From the IMG/VR virus record IMGVR_UViG_3300005432_000008, positions 1 through 32,487 of that record: 32,487 bases of DNA. The stretch is one strand, 5' to 3'. The notes beneath the pieces were generated by a model. It had not been told where the DNA came from and did no database searches. It saw only the letters and a list, made by a program, of their open reading frames with translations. Of this stretch, positions 9,001-18,200 are shown in pieces. A program made the translations under genes and the position numbers. Position 1 is the first letter of the stretch. Each line of letters opens with the position of its first letter. The stretch is from a virus (taxonomy: Duplodnaviria; Caudoviricetes).

Positions 9001-12000
9001 AGTATATTGCAGATAGTGGTGTTCCATCATAAGGACTTTCACGGAAAACACGATCAGGTGCATTGTATTCACCTTCTCTATGATTAGATTGAGCTACCCT
9101 AAAGGATATTCTAGGTATTTCTCCAACTAACTCACTAGGAACTGGTCTAAATCCAATATCCGGCATTCTTCCAATAACAGTTTCTCCAACCTGAAAGGTT
9201 CCGGAGGTCATGTTTATTTCAAGGAGTTTTGGAACACAATACTCGTCAACCTGCTTTCCATCAAAAAATGCATGCAATCTTGTAAGAGGTTTCATTCTCT
9301 TAGCAATAAACTCAACATTTCTTGATCTCATGAATGCTACAAGATCTCTACTTACAGTTCTGTCTCCTACAGATTCACGATCAAACTGTTCAGTAACAAA
9401 TAATTGAGAACCAGTCCTCGACTGTTCCTCAGTTCGGATTGTTTCTCTTACAGTATCTTCAATAGTTGTTGTAGTTGTGTCTGTGACCCATCTTGCTACA
9501 CCACTGCCACCATTAATCCAACCACCAACACCTCTTCTACCACCACTGGTGGTAGTTGTTCTTCTTGTGGTTGTATCATTAAATTCAAAACCGGTCCAAT
9601 TTGTTTGCCATGAATTCCATACCACAGGAGCAAAACCAGTTTGTGGATCAAGATTTTCTGTTTCTTGAAGTAATTGAACTTGAGCAGTATAATCACCTTC
9701 AACATCAATAATCTTAGGTTCAAGTCTTACGGTATCAACCCAAGTATCAGATGCAGGGATTAATTCTAGTGTGCCTTGCCAGAAACTAATTAGGAAAGGA
9801 GTAACACTTTCTGTTCTAGTTGCAAAAGGTTGATTGATATATTCAACCTCACTATAATCAAGAGTAATTACATCACTCGACTTTCTTATGTTAATACCTT
9901 CTGGCTGAGCAAATAACAAGTCATTATTGGGATCTACATTTACAACTGGTCCAAAAATAAGATCAATTGAGTTCGTGTAGTGTCTTGGTCTTAGTTCTTT
10001 ATGAGCCCTATCAATACTGTTTTTGATCCTTGCTTTACTTTCTTGTCTCTGGAAATCAGTAAAGTTATCTACAAAGAAACCAGACTTAAATCTGTTCAAT
10101 CCATCACCATCGGGAACGAAAAGATTTGCCGTATTTACTTCAAGTAAGGAAAGTGATGTATAATACTCAAGATTTGAAATTCTATTATCAAGTTTTTTGA
10201 TATCTTTCATTTGATATCTCTTGTGTTCCAAGAATCTTATGGATGCTTGGTTAACATTATAGAGATATGGTGGAAGAGTTATTGTGGCAACCTCCATAGC
10301 ATCATCGATGGGATTAGGTGGTTGCGGTAGTTCGGATGGAGATCCATATACAATTTGAAACTTTCCTGTCTTATCTAAGAAAACTCTATCAATTCTTCCA
10401 AGATAATGTGTAAATGATGTTAGGATTGCTTCATCCGATGCCAACGCATTTGCTGCAGAATTACCATCACCATCAAAAGTTCTTCCAAAGAACTCAAGAG
10501 GAGATCTTGAACCCTCAGAGACGGTATATTCAGAAACTCTTGGCCTGATATCAATTATATCAGTATTTGCATCTCCATTAACTGCTTTGATTTCGGTTGA
10601 ATAATCAAAGTTTCTATAAGATTCAACAGTGGTTAGATCTCCATTATCAGTTGAATCAAAAGATGCACTCTTATAATAAATTTTTATTCTCTTAGATGGG
10701 AAAGATTTACCTTCTTTAAGTATAATTCTTCCTTGATCATAGAAAGTTTCTTCTTGACCGGTTCTAAATTTATAACTATCGGAGATATCAAAACTATCAT
10801 CAGCAAGAACCGACAATACTGCTGATGTTCCAGTATCTTGGAATATTACAGTTTCTCCTTCAACAAATTTCTTATCATTTTTGGAAATATATGAAATCTG
10901 TGCTGAGGTTAATTTTTCTGCAACAATTCCGCTTGCGCCCGAAGATTGTCCAATAAATGCTTCACCAATCACCAACTCTCCAGTTGTGGTTGATGTACTG
11001 CTAATGAGTGACAAAGATGCTTTTGGCGCTGACGCTGAACTAGTATCTGAAGATTCAAAAATACCATGAACTTCAATAACATCAGGAACATTTAGAGAAA
11101 TAGTGATATCTTGAACTCTAGTTCCGTATGGAAAATTACCAGTTCCATAATCCAACCCATCGTTTAGGGTTGTTGATCCAATACCAGATGCTGGATTGTT
11201 TGATTTTTCAACAACTATAGATTTAACACTATTTTTAATCTTAACTTTTGATGTCGGTTTAATTTTCCTCAAAGATACTATTAGAGAAGCACCTGTATCA
11301 TTGGCACCAAGACCAAAGATATTCATTTCTTTTCCACCACTAACAATAGTAAGTTTATCGGCGGATAATGCCTCAGTTTCACCATCTGATCTAATCAGAG
11401 CATACCTTTCCTCATCAAATGGCAGGAATGTTTCATTAGGCCCTGCTGTTATATTAGCAGAAAGTTGACCATTGGAAATATCAACTGATAATACTTTCCT
11501 TATTGTCAAACTTGCATCTGTAAAATCTATTGATTCAATATCTGTTCTTGGTAACCTTGTATAAAGGGTGCTATCAGAAGAAGGATCAAGTTTTGTAGTT
11601 ACAAGTTTTAAGTCACTTACATCGATATTAGCAGTCGGAAGAGCCCCAAATGCAATTCCTGGAACTGGTGTTACCGCGCTGAGTCCAATACTATCGATTC
11701 CAACACTTGCAACTCTTGCAACTGATATATCAGTTAAGGTTAATGAAGTATTTGTATATTCTACAAGATTTCCAACTTTAAATAATCCTGGAAGAGCATT
11801 GCTGGTGCTTCTTACCGTGCTTATACCACCAGACGCAGCAGAAATAGTTGCCACACCAATGTTAACTACTGGAGATTGAACAACATCGGCAGCAAATGTG
11901 TTAATACCAGTCAATCTATTATTACTTCCAAAAACAGATTTTACATCTGACAATGAATAAGCTGTTACCGCTATTGCAATTCTGCCATCAGCAACACGAT

Positions 12001-13624
12001 TAAATGCTAAAGGTTCATTGGGAATAAAGTCTCCTTCAACTTCGTAAATTGATAATGCATTTGAATCAGTAACAGCATCCTTAAGAAATCCAGTTGCGCC
12101 ACTTCTAGAACCTTCAACAAAAGTTGGGATAGAAAGACTAGTCGCCTGATTAAGAACCAAATCTACTGTTGTTTGAACATCATATAGAGAAAGATTCCAT
12201 TCATTAAGACTACTATTGGTAGTATCATAAGATCCAGATTCTAATCTATAATCATATACCCTAGCAACACCAATCTCTCTACCTGCAGGAGCAGGAGTTC
12301 CACCAGTTCCATCCGTGTTAAGACCAACTCTTTCATCTCTTAAACTGAGAATATATGTGTTACCAACACCAACATCTGGTGATCTCCAAGTTCTATTAAC
12401 TCTTAATGTTGGACCAGTATTATAAATTATAGATTGATCGGTAATAGTTGCTATCGTTCTTGGTTTAGGAACATCAATAAAAGTTGTATTGGTGATCTCA
12501 AGATCATAACCACGAACAAATGCTCTACCAGGAGAGAATTTGTAAATCATCAGATCATCTGATGGAGTTTGTCCGCCATAAGTTAATTGGCCTGCGTTGT
12601 ATATTCCTCTATTTCCTTTACCATTGTCAAGTGATTCCTTGACTGTTAAATCAAATGCTTTTACATAGTAGTCTCCAGACTCAGCAAAAGTTCTTTTTGC
12701 CATAATGTCTCTAAGAGCGAGATATCCTGGTCCTCCACCAAGATCACCTCTATCAACCTTAGTTTTTATGTTTCCATTTTCAATAATTGCCAGTTCAACA
12801 AACTGGTCATCGTTATAATCGGTTAAAGATTTTTTAAATAAACTTAAAGAAATTTTTAGTCTATCTGCACCTGGTGCAGCGTAATTATTAAATCCTTGAG
12901 AATTATCATTTAAACTTTCATCTTCATCAGCATTTACAACTGTCTCACTTACAAATAGACCGACCCTATAATTAGGTACGTTGGTGTATTGGTCTAAGAT
13001 TAAAGTTTCTGTGTTAACATTAACAAAGTTACCACGAACAAAATATACTCCTTCCTGAATTTGGAAAGCACATCCCGTGGCAGCTGCCTGATTTGCAACG
13101 GTCACCGCAAAAGGAGATCCAGCGGCAATGGTGGAGTTTCCAAGGAGACCGGAAGCAATAATTCGGTTACAAGTTAAAGATTCTCCGTCAGAGAAATTTT
13201 GAGTTGAATTATTTGATGTGTTTGAACTTAAATAATTGATATAAAGAGTAAGATTTCCTCTTTCAGAATCTTCAGGTAAAAGAACCTTATCTACAACCGC
13301 AGTTACTCCGGATGATACTCCAGTAATTTTAGTTCCAACTAATTGTTCAGCATATGCCGCAACAGGAACCCCCAGATAATTATTCTGTAATTGAACACAA
13401 TAATATAATTGAGTATAACCAGTATTACCTGGAATTACCTTTGCACCCTCTTTAAAAAAGTGTTGACCAAACTTTTCAACCTGATTCTGAAGAATAGATT
13501 GTAAGGTAGTTAATTCTCTTGCCTGGACCGGATATCCAGGTTTGAAAAGCACCTTATGGTAATCATCTACCGGATCAAAGTCATCAAAATATGGTGCTAC
13601 ATTGAGGTTCGTTTGCTGTGGCAT
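6041..13624 (-). CDS. Large virion structural protein, VrlC/DUF4815-like (2527 aa)
   Basis: N-terminus NLNVAPYFDDFD...VLFKPGYPVQARELTTLQSILQNQ, plus APGADRLKI, RTFAESGDY, LEYYTSLSLLE, RFKSGFFVDNF, DPLAQSF and GSLFKSQNASTW. Occupies the position after gp8 usual in cyanomyoviruses. Confidence 0.85.
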   Translation of the reverse strand: MPQQTNLNVAPYFDDFDPVDDYHKVLFKPGYPVQARELTTLQSILQNQVEKFGQHFFKEGAKVIPGNTGYTQLYYCVQLQNNYLGVPVAAYAEQLVGTKITGVSSGVTAVVDKVLLPEDSERGNLTLYINYLSSNTSNNSTQNFSDGESLTCNRIIASGLLGNSTIAAGSPFAVTVANQAAATGCAFQIQEGVYFVRGNFVNVNTETLILDQYTNVPNYRVGLFVSETVVNADEDESLNDNSQGFNNYAAPGADRLKISLSLFKKSLTDYNDDQFVELAIIENGNIKTKVDRGDLGGGPGYLALRDIMAKRTFAESGDYYVKAFDLTVKESLDNGKGNRGIYNAGQLTYGGQTPSDDLMIYKFSPGRAFVRGYDLEITNTTFIDVPKPRTIATITDQSIIYNTGPTLRVNRTWRSPDVGVGNTYILSLRDERVGLNTDGTGGTPAPAGREIGVARVYDYRLESGSYDTTNSSLNEWNLSLYDVQTTVDLVLNQATSLSIPTFVEGSRSGATGFLKDAVTDSNALSIYEVEGDFIPNEPLAFNRVADGRIAIAVTAYSLSDVKSVFGSNNRLTGINTFAADVVQSPVVNIGVATISAASGGISTVRSTSNALPGLFKVGNLVEYTNTSLTLTDISVARVASVGIDSIGLSAVTPVPGIAFGALPTANIDVSDLKLVTTKLDPSSDSTLYTRLPRTDIESIDFTDASLTIRKVLSVDISNGQLSANITAGPNETFLPFDEERYALIRSDGETEALSADKLTIVSGGKEMNIFGLGANDTGASLIVSLRKIKPTSKVKIKNSVKSIVVEKSNNPASGIGSTTLNDGLDYGTGNFPYGTRVQDITISLNVPDVIEVHGIFESSDTSSASAPKASLSLISSTSTTTGELVIGEAFIGQSSGASGIVAEKLTSAQISYISKNDKKFVEGETVIFQDTGTSAVLSVLADDSFDISDSYKFRTGQEETFYDQGRIILKEGKSFPSKRIKIYYKSASFDSTDNGDLTTVESYRNFDYSTEIKAVNGDANTDIIDIRPRVSEYTVSEGSRSPLEFFGRTFDGDGNSAANALASDEAILTSFTHYLGRIDRVFLDKTGKFQIVYGSPSELPQPPNPIDDAMEVATITLPPYLYNVNQASIRFLEHKRYQMKDIKKLDNRISNLEYYTSLSLLEVNTANLFVPDGDGLNRFKSGFFVDNFTDFQRQESKARIKNSIDRAHKELRPRHYTNSIDLIFGPVVNVDPNNDLLFAQPEGINIRKSSDVITLDYSEVEYINQPFATRTESVTPFLISFWQGTLELIPASDTWVDTVRLEPKIIDVEGDYTAQVQLLQETENLDPQTGFAPVVWNSWQTNWTGFEFNDTTTRRTTTTSGGRRGVGGWINGGSGVARWVTDTTTTTIEDTVRETIRTEEQSRTGSQLFVTEQFDRESVGDRTVSRDLVAFMRSRNVEFIAKRMKPLTRLHAFFDGKQVDEYCVPKLLEINMTSGTFQVGETVIGRMPDIGFRPVPSELVGEIPRISFRVAQSNHREGEYNAPDRVFRESPYDGTPLSAIYSATSSILNVDTFALSNEPQGEYFGLIAEGMVLRGSTSGAEAVVTNHRLVTDLAANLTGSFFIPNPNNANHPRFETGTKTFTLTNDEDNDPDVATTLAEETYTASGTLETVQENIISVRNARIERRQEFQERNVNTNLGTQVVGSQTIASTTTETIVGWYDPLAQSFLVEEDTGVFVTKCDVFFRTKDDMDIPLVFQLRSMENGFPTQKILPFSEIVLDPSDIEVSNDGSVATTIQFKAPVFLEGGGEYAIALASNSTKYSVYISRIGENDLLTDAFISNQPYLGSLFKSQNASTWEPSQWEDLKFIMYRADFIESGTINFYSPELTEGNRQIPVLQPDSLVVSSKKIRVGLGTTVQDANYEIGNTFFQGIGTINPSNASATLIGVAGTIERTGLTISNAGIGLTPTDGSFTFTGVNLVTLSGSGRGAQATVGVANGVVNSVVVTGSGGNGYQTGDVVGIDTIGDASVGRNVRLTVSGIGKTSELIFDNVQGEFKIGAGVGVINYFDSVGIARTLNNNLPAAPGGDVTIDTITEISDGLHIKVLHQNHGMYFPDNKVKISGTRSDIKPTKLSAAYSANSTAGISVLDASKFSTFENVSVGTTNTGYLQIGDEIIEYTSVDGNVIGGSITRGNNPVTYPAGTLVYKYEMGGVNLHRINKTHDLNDVSIGSSVTFDSYNIKLDMSEKFNASNDDRSVDTSGFPKLSMGITGNFGGSNIKASQNMPFEVITPIIHNVTTRGTSISAEARTITGQSLSGNEIAFVSNEFEDIVPNIPNYLNSTRLIASKVNEDAKLSSIEGAKSMQMNVNLVTTDSRISPVVDGQRVSAILTTNRVDNQIEDITTDARVKQILTDPSACQYISKEIKLENPATSLKVILDAHINDFCDIRVLYAISNKDGFNPIFVPFPGYKNLNSKGQIIDIANNDGTPDSFVSKTPTYGFESTQIEFKEHTFSIDQLPTFKCYRIKVLLLGNSQTYVPRFKNLRVLALA

Positions 13625-13630
13625 AATTCT

Positions 13631-15181
13631 TTAGAACTGCAAAATAATTTTGATATCTTCTTTTTGGTTAGATGATCTAGTAATTGAAGGTCTATTATCT
13701 ACGTAAATAATATTGCCTGCATGTTTTTTAACTTCAGGACCTGCAACCCCACTGGTAAATGACTGACCAAGATAATATGTACGATTATTTATTACGGTTG
13801 TAATACCACTAAAGTTTTCATCAATTTGTAAATTAGATCCAGTTGAAGGTGTAATTGTAATAGAACCACCAGTTGCTGGTGTAGATGTAAATTCTTCTAC
13901 ACTAAATCCATAAGTTGGGTTTGTAACTCCAACCCCAGCAGATGTAAATCCAAAAGAGGATTTATCTTGCCAAAACTTAAGAACACCCGTTGTCTGATTG
14001 TAATTAACTACCCTACCAACAGCAGTTGCTCCCGTTCCAATAGTTTGAACAAATGTTGAATCCGCATCGAATGTTGCAGAGCTGTATCCAACTCCCGTTA
14101 ATTTAAGTGCGCTAAGAACACTTGCTTTATCCGAAGTTAATACATTTCCAGTAGAAACCTCTGGATTTTCAATAACACCTACTCTGGCAATTTGATTTCC
14201 TGTGATAAAATCGGGGTTTTCATTATCATTCTCAATTCTAGAGTACATTAAGACATTATATGCACCTAATTCTCTATAAATGTCTTTTCCATGTCCACCC
14301 TGAGGAGACATGATAACATTAAATCTTGGAATAGTGGTTCCTGTAGGAACGTTACCAGCTTCCAGATTTACGCTTCCATAACTATAGTTCGATCCTTGAT
14401 TTGAAATAGTGACTCCACTAACTTTAGAATCTGCTCCAACTGTTATAGTGCATTCTGCTCCTGATCCATCACCTTCGATAGGAACTCTTGTGTAAGTTAA
14501 ATTTGCAGTTCCAATACCAACTCCAGCATTAGTTACAGTTACAATCTTAATAGATCCATCTATAGCATTATCTCTCACTGGAGCATTATCACTACTAGAT
14601 TCCCAATTAGCAGGGACTGGCATAAAATCAGTAGATTCAAATTTTACAACCTCATTTGGTTTAATAGTATAAAGATACTTCCAAATATATCCATCACCGC
14701 TAGACCCAGCAGATCTTGGTTCTAAATCAGTGAAAGTTGGTTCGTCAAGAGATGGTCTGCCATTTGGATTATCTGGATTAGTTCCATTTTGCAAACAAAT
14801 ATAAACTCTGAAATCGCTATTCAGTACATAAAAGAATGATGAATATAAATTTGTGGCACCAGACACTGCTGCAGTATTAGTAACACTATAATCATGACGA
14901 TACATGTCATAGGTAGTTCCTGATGTCCAAGTTCTTTTAGGTATTACTTGTCTAACGTCAGAAGAATTAATTTTCTTCAAAGCGATCATTGTATCCCAAT
15001 AATCATTCTCTTCGGAGAAATTATCCTTTGGTGCAGGGGGAGATGAATCCCAATCACTTTGATAATCTGTTGGATTAGGTAATCCAATAAAAGAATAATA
15101 TGCGTTGGAACTGGAACTAACTCCAGATACAAAATTTTTCGCATTCAAAATTCTAATTTGATCAGTTATAATTGCAGCCAT
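13631..15181 (-). CDS. gp8: Baseplate wedge subunit (T4 gp8-like)
   Basis: WTSGTTYDMYRHDY, FYVLNSDFRVYICLQNG, DGYIWKYLYTI and C-terminal GNIIYVDNRPSITRSSNQKEDIKIILQF. Confidence 0.92.
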   Translation of the reverse strand: MAAIITDQIRILNAKNFVSGVSSSSNAYYSFIGLPNPTDYQSDWDSSPPAPKDNFSEENDYWDTMIALKKINSSDVRQVIPKRTWTSGTTYDMYRHDYSVTNTAAVSGATNLYSSFFYVLNSDFRVYICLQNGTNPDNPNGRPSLDEPTFTDLEPRSAGSSGDGYIWKYLYTIKPNEVVKFESTDFMPVPANWESSSDNAPVRDNAIDGSIKIVTVTNAGVGIGTANLTYTRVPIEGDGSGAECTITVGADSKVSGVTISNQGSNYSYGSVNLEAGNVPTGTTIPRFNVIMSPQGGHGKDIYRELGAYNVLMYSRIENDNENPDFITGNQIARVGVIENPEVSTGNVLTSDKASVLSALKLTGVGYSSATFDADSTFVQTIGTGATAVGRVVNYNQTTGVLKFWQDKSSFGFTSAGVGVTNPTYGFSVEEFTSTPATGGSITITPSTGSNLQIDENFSGITTVINNRTYYLGQSFTSGVAGPEVKKHAGNIIYVDNRPSITRSSNQKEDIKIILQF

Positions 15182-15208
15182 TTTGTGCCAGTTTAATGGA
15201 GTTTTTTT

Positions 15209-15216
15209 TATTTATC
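15209..15216 (-). promoter_or_regulatory. Late promoter box (GATAAATA) upstream of gp8
   Basis: Sits in the 40-nt gap between gp7 and gp8. Confidence 0.65.
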
Positions 15217-15221
15217 ACACA

Positions 15222-18200
15222 TCAAGTGATGTAGTTCTTAAATTTAAATGGAACAGATCTTTCTACTCTCATTGATGTAGTAATTCCAAGAATGCCATTA
15301 TTAGTAAATGATGTGTAAGTATTTACCCCTGCTCTTTCAGGCAATATAATCTTACCCCAACTATAATCACCATATCCAGCAACGGTTGATGTGGATTGTG
15401 TTCCGATTCCACTAGTATCAAATTTTGGATGATTGATGTTTACAAACACTCTTCTGCAAACCGTTGTTCCAATTCCTACACCAGAAGAATTCAAACGAAT
15501 TGTTCTTTGAACGTCTATAGCGCGAGAAACAACATATACATTATCAACGAAGGATTTACCAACACCAGTTGTTGAACCATCAGGACTAAGTGCTATAATT
15601 GATGTGGTTGCAGATCCTACATTAGAATTGTTAACAATGAAGTAATCTCCCTGCTCTAATCCACTTAAGGTTACTGCTGTTCCAACTATAGATTCATCTC
15701 TTAATTGGGAAGTGAATGGAATATGTAAGTCAAAGACAAACTGGGTAGTGAGGCCACTAGTTGTAGTAGTTCCAAATCCAACAATAATTCCAGAATCTCC
15801 TGCAAAATCAGTAACTCGGTTTTCTTCCTCACTATACCCTGGTTCACTTATCAAGACTGTTGGTGGATTTGTGTTTGTATATCCAGTTCCAGCATTATTA
15901 ATAATGACAGAAGCAATTGTTCCTCCTACACCAATAACTGGATTTGCCAATGCAGTTGTCAGTCCAAGATGTGGAACAAGATGCGAAGTTGATCCAATCG
16001 TAACTGTAGCAGTGCTGTATCCAACACCACCATCAGATATAACAATGGATGAAATAGTACCTGTATCACTTACAACAGCAGTTGCAGCTGCTCCTGAAGT
16101 AACCTTTTGAGATGCAAACTTAACTTTCTTTTGGAACTCCACAGAAGTGTTATTTTCGTTTTGTGGATTGAAGAAAGGTCTTGCTCTATCAACATATATT
16201 ACTGTAGATCCAATACCAACTGATTTAATAATATATGCATATGGGTGAATTTGGGGTTCATAAAGTTCCCTATCTTTACTAACACGTTTTTCATTAATAA
16301 TTTTGTCTTCAGTTTGTCTACACCATTTAACTCTTCTTGTTAAAGTTTCATCTTCAGTATTTCCTGGACCAAAGTACGGGAATGTTTGAACCTGATCTGT
16401 AGAATTGACATTAGTTACTGTTCTTGCTTCTTCTTGTAATGTTGAAGATTGTCCAGCAACATCATCATATCCAAGGGTTAGTGTATCACCCGTTTTAACA
16501 GTTTCAATAATTTCCCTAAAGATAACATCTTGATCATCTCCACTTCCCTTATAGAAGATAATTTTAACACTATCACCAGGATTCGGTGCCTCAGTAAACT
16601 TAATTACACTACCACCTGGGAACTCATAACCTTTACCAGGTTCCTGAAGAATATCATTAACCGTTACAATAAGAACTTTTTCAACATCAACTTTAGAACC
16701 TCTTGGTGCTCTGATAGAAATTTGTGAACCTGCAAGGGTAAGGTTAAATGCTTTAGTTACTCCATCAAAAAGAACCGATAGATCATCGAGTGGTTGAAGA
16801 ACACCAATACTCCATCCAGTAAACTCATCGGTAAATACTTTTTGAACTGTAAGTTCAAAACTTCTAAAGTCACTAATTGAACCAGTTGTAGGAATTCCAG
16901 TAAGTCCACCGGTTGGAATAGTAAGAATTTCACCTTCTTTGTATCCTATACCCTTATTATTAATAGAGAAATCAATTATGCTAGAACCATTACCAACAAC
17001 AACATCAACAGTTCCATGTTGTCCAGAATTTGCTGCACCAACATAATTAAGTGGTATATTCGTGTATGAAAGTGGATCATCAACAAACAGAGATAGTGGT
17101 CTATTGACTTTGCCGCATCTATTGTAGAAGTGGGCGCAGGTTGAAGTTCCTGTGTTGACTACAAAAGTAGTAGGACTAAGAACTGCTATGACAGAAGAAC
17201 CACCAGATGCAAAATCATTTCCACTAGCAGACTTGTTTTTCTTTCTAGGTGCATTGATAATCGCACCTTGTACTGTTCCGCCAGTCTTATAAAATGTTGG
17301 AACCGTAGATGGACCAGTATTAACAACGAACTGAGTAGAACTCAGAACTTGAAGAACAGGAACTCCACAATATGCGGGATCAGTTGTCCTTGGATAATAA
17401 TGTGGATTAACAGCGTCATATTCGCAGGTCATTCCAATACTAGTCAGAACAACACCTTTTCCTACCAACAAATTATGTGCTGTTGCAGTGGTAATCGTTG
17501 TAATACCACTTACTGTGCTGTAACCAACGTTAGATACATTAACAGGTGGTGCATAAGTACAGGTGAATGCTATACCCGATAATTGAATAGCCTCACCTTC
17601 AGTCAATCCATGATCAGTGGATGTGGTAACAGTTGTTATACCTGTAATAGAACTGTATCCAACGTTAGTGATTGATTTTGTGGGATAGAACCTTGGAGTA
17701 GAATTATTTGTTACTGAAATAGCAGTTGAAACATGTCCATTGATAATGGTCGCAAATCCAACATGATATATTGAGGTTTCAACACCAACACTTGTAGAGG
17801 CAGCACTGATATTAACAAATCCAATCGGAGGATTATCTACAACAATACGAGCCTGAGTACCTGTAGGAATTCCTATAGACAGTGCCTGAGATTGAAGAAC
17901 TCTAGCAAAGGTTGATGAGGAAGATACGATAGTTCCTCCATAATAAGGATCGGCAATTCTTCCAAATTCAATCGTACAGTTAGTTCCTGTATTCAGTTGA
18001 GGTAAGAGATCAAGAACGCTTCCCGTGTTGGGAATGAATATTTCTGTAGATCCAATTCCTACAAATTCATTTGTATCAACAAGGAATTCATAACTTTCAG
18101 CAGCTCTATACCCAGATCCAGTATTACCAATTGCAACATCAGTAAGAACTCCTACATTAGTTACTTTAGCGGTTGCACCTGCAGAAACCAAAGGTTGATA

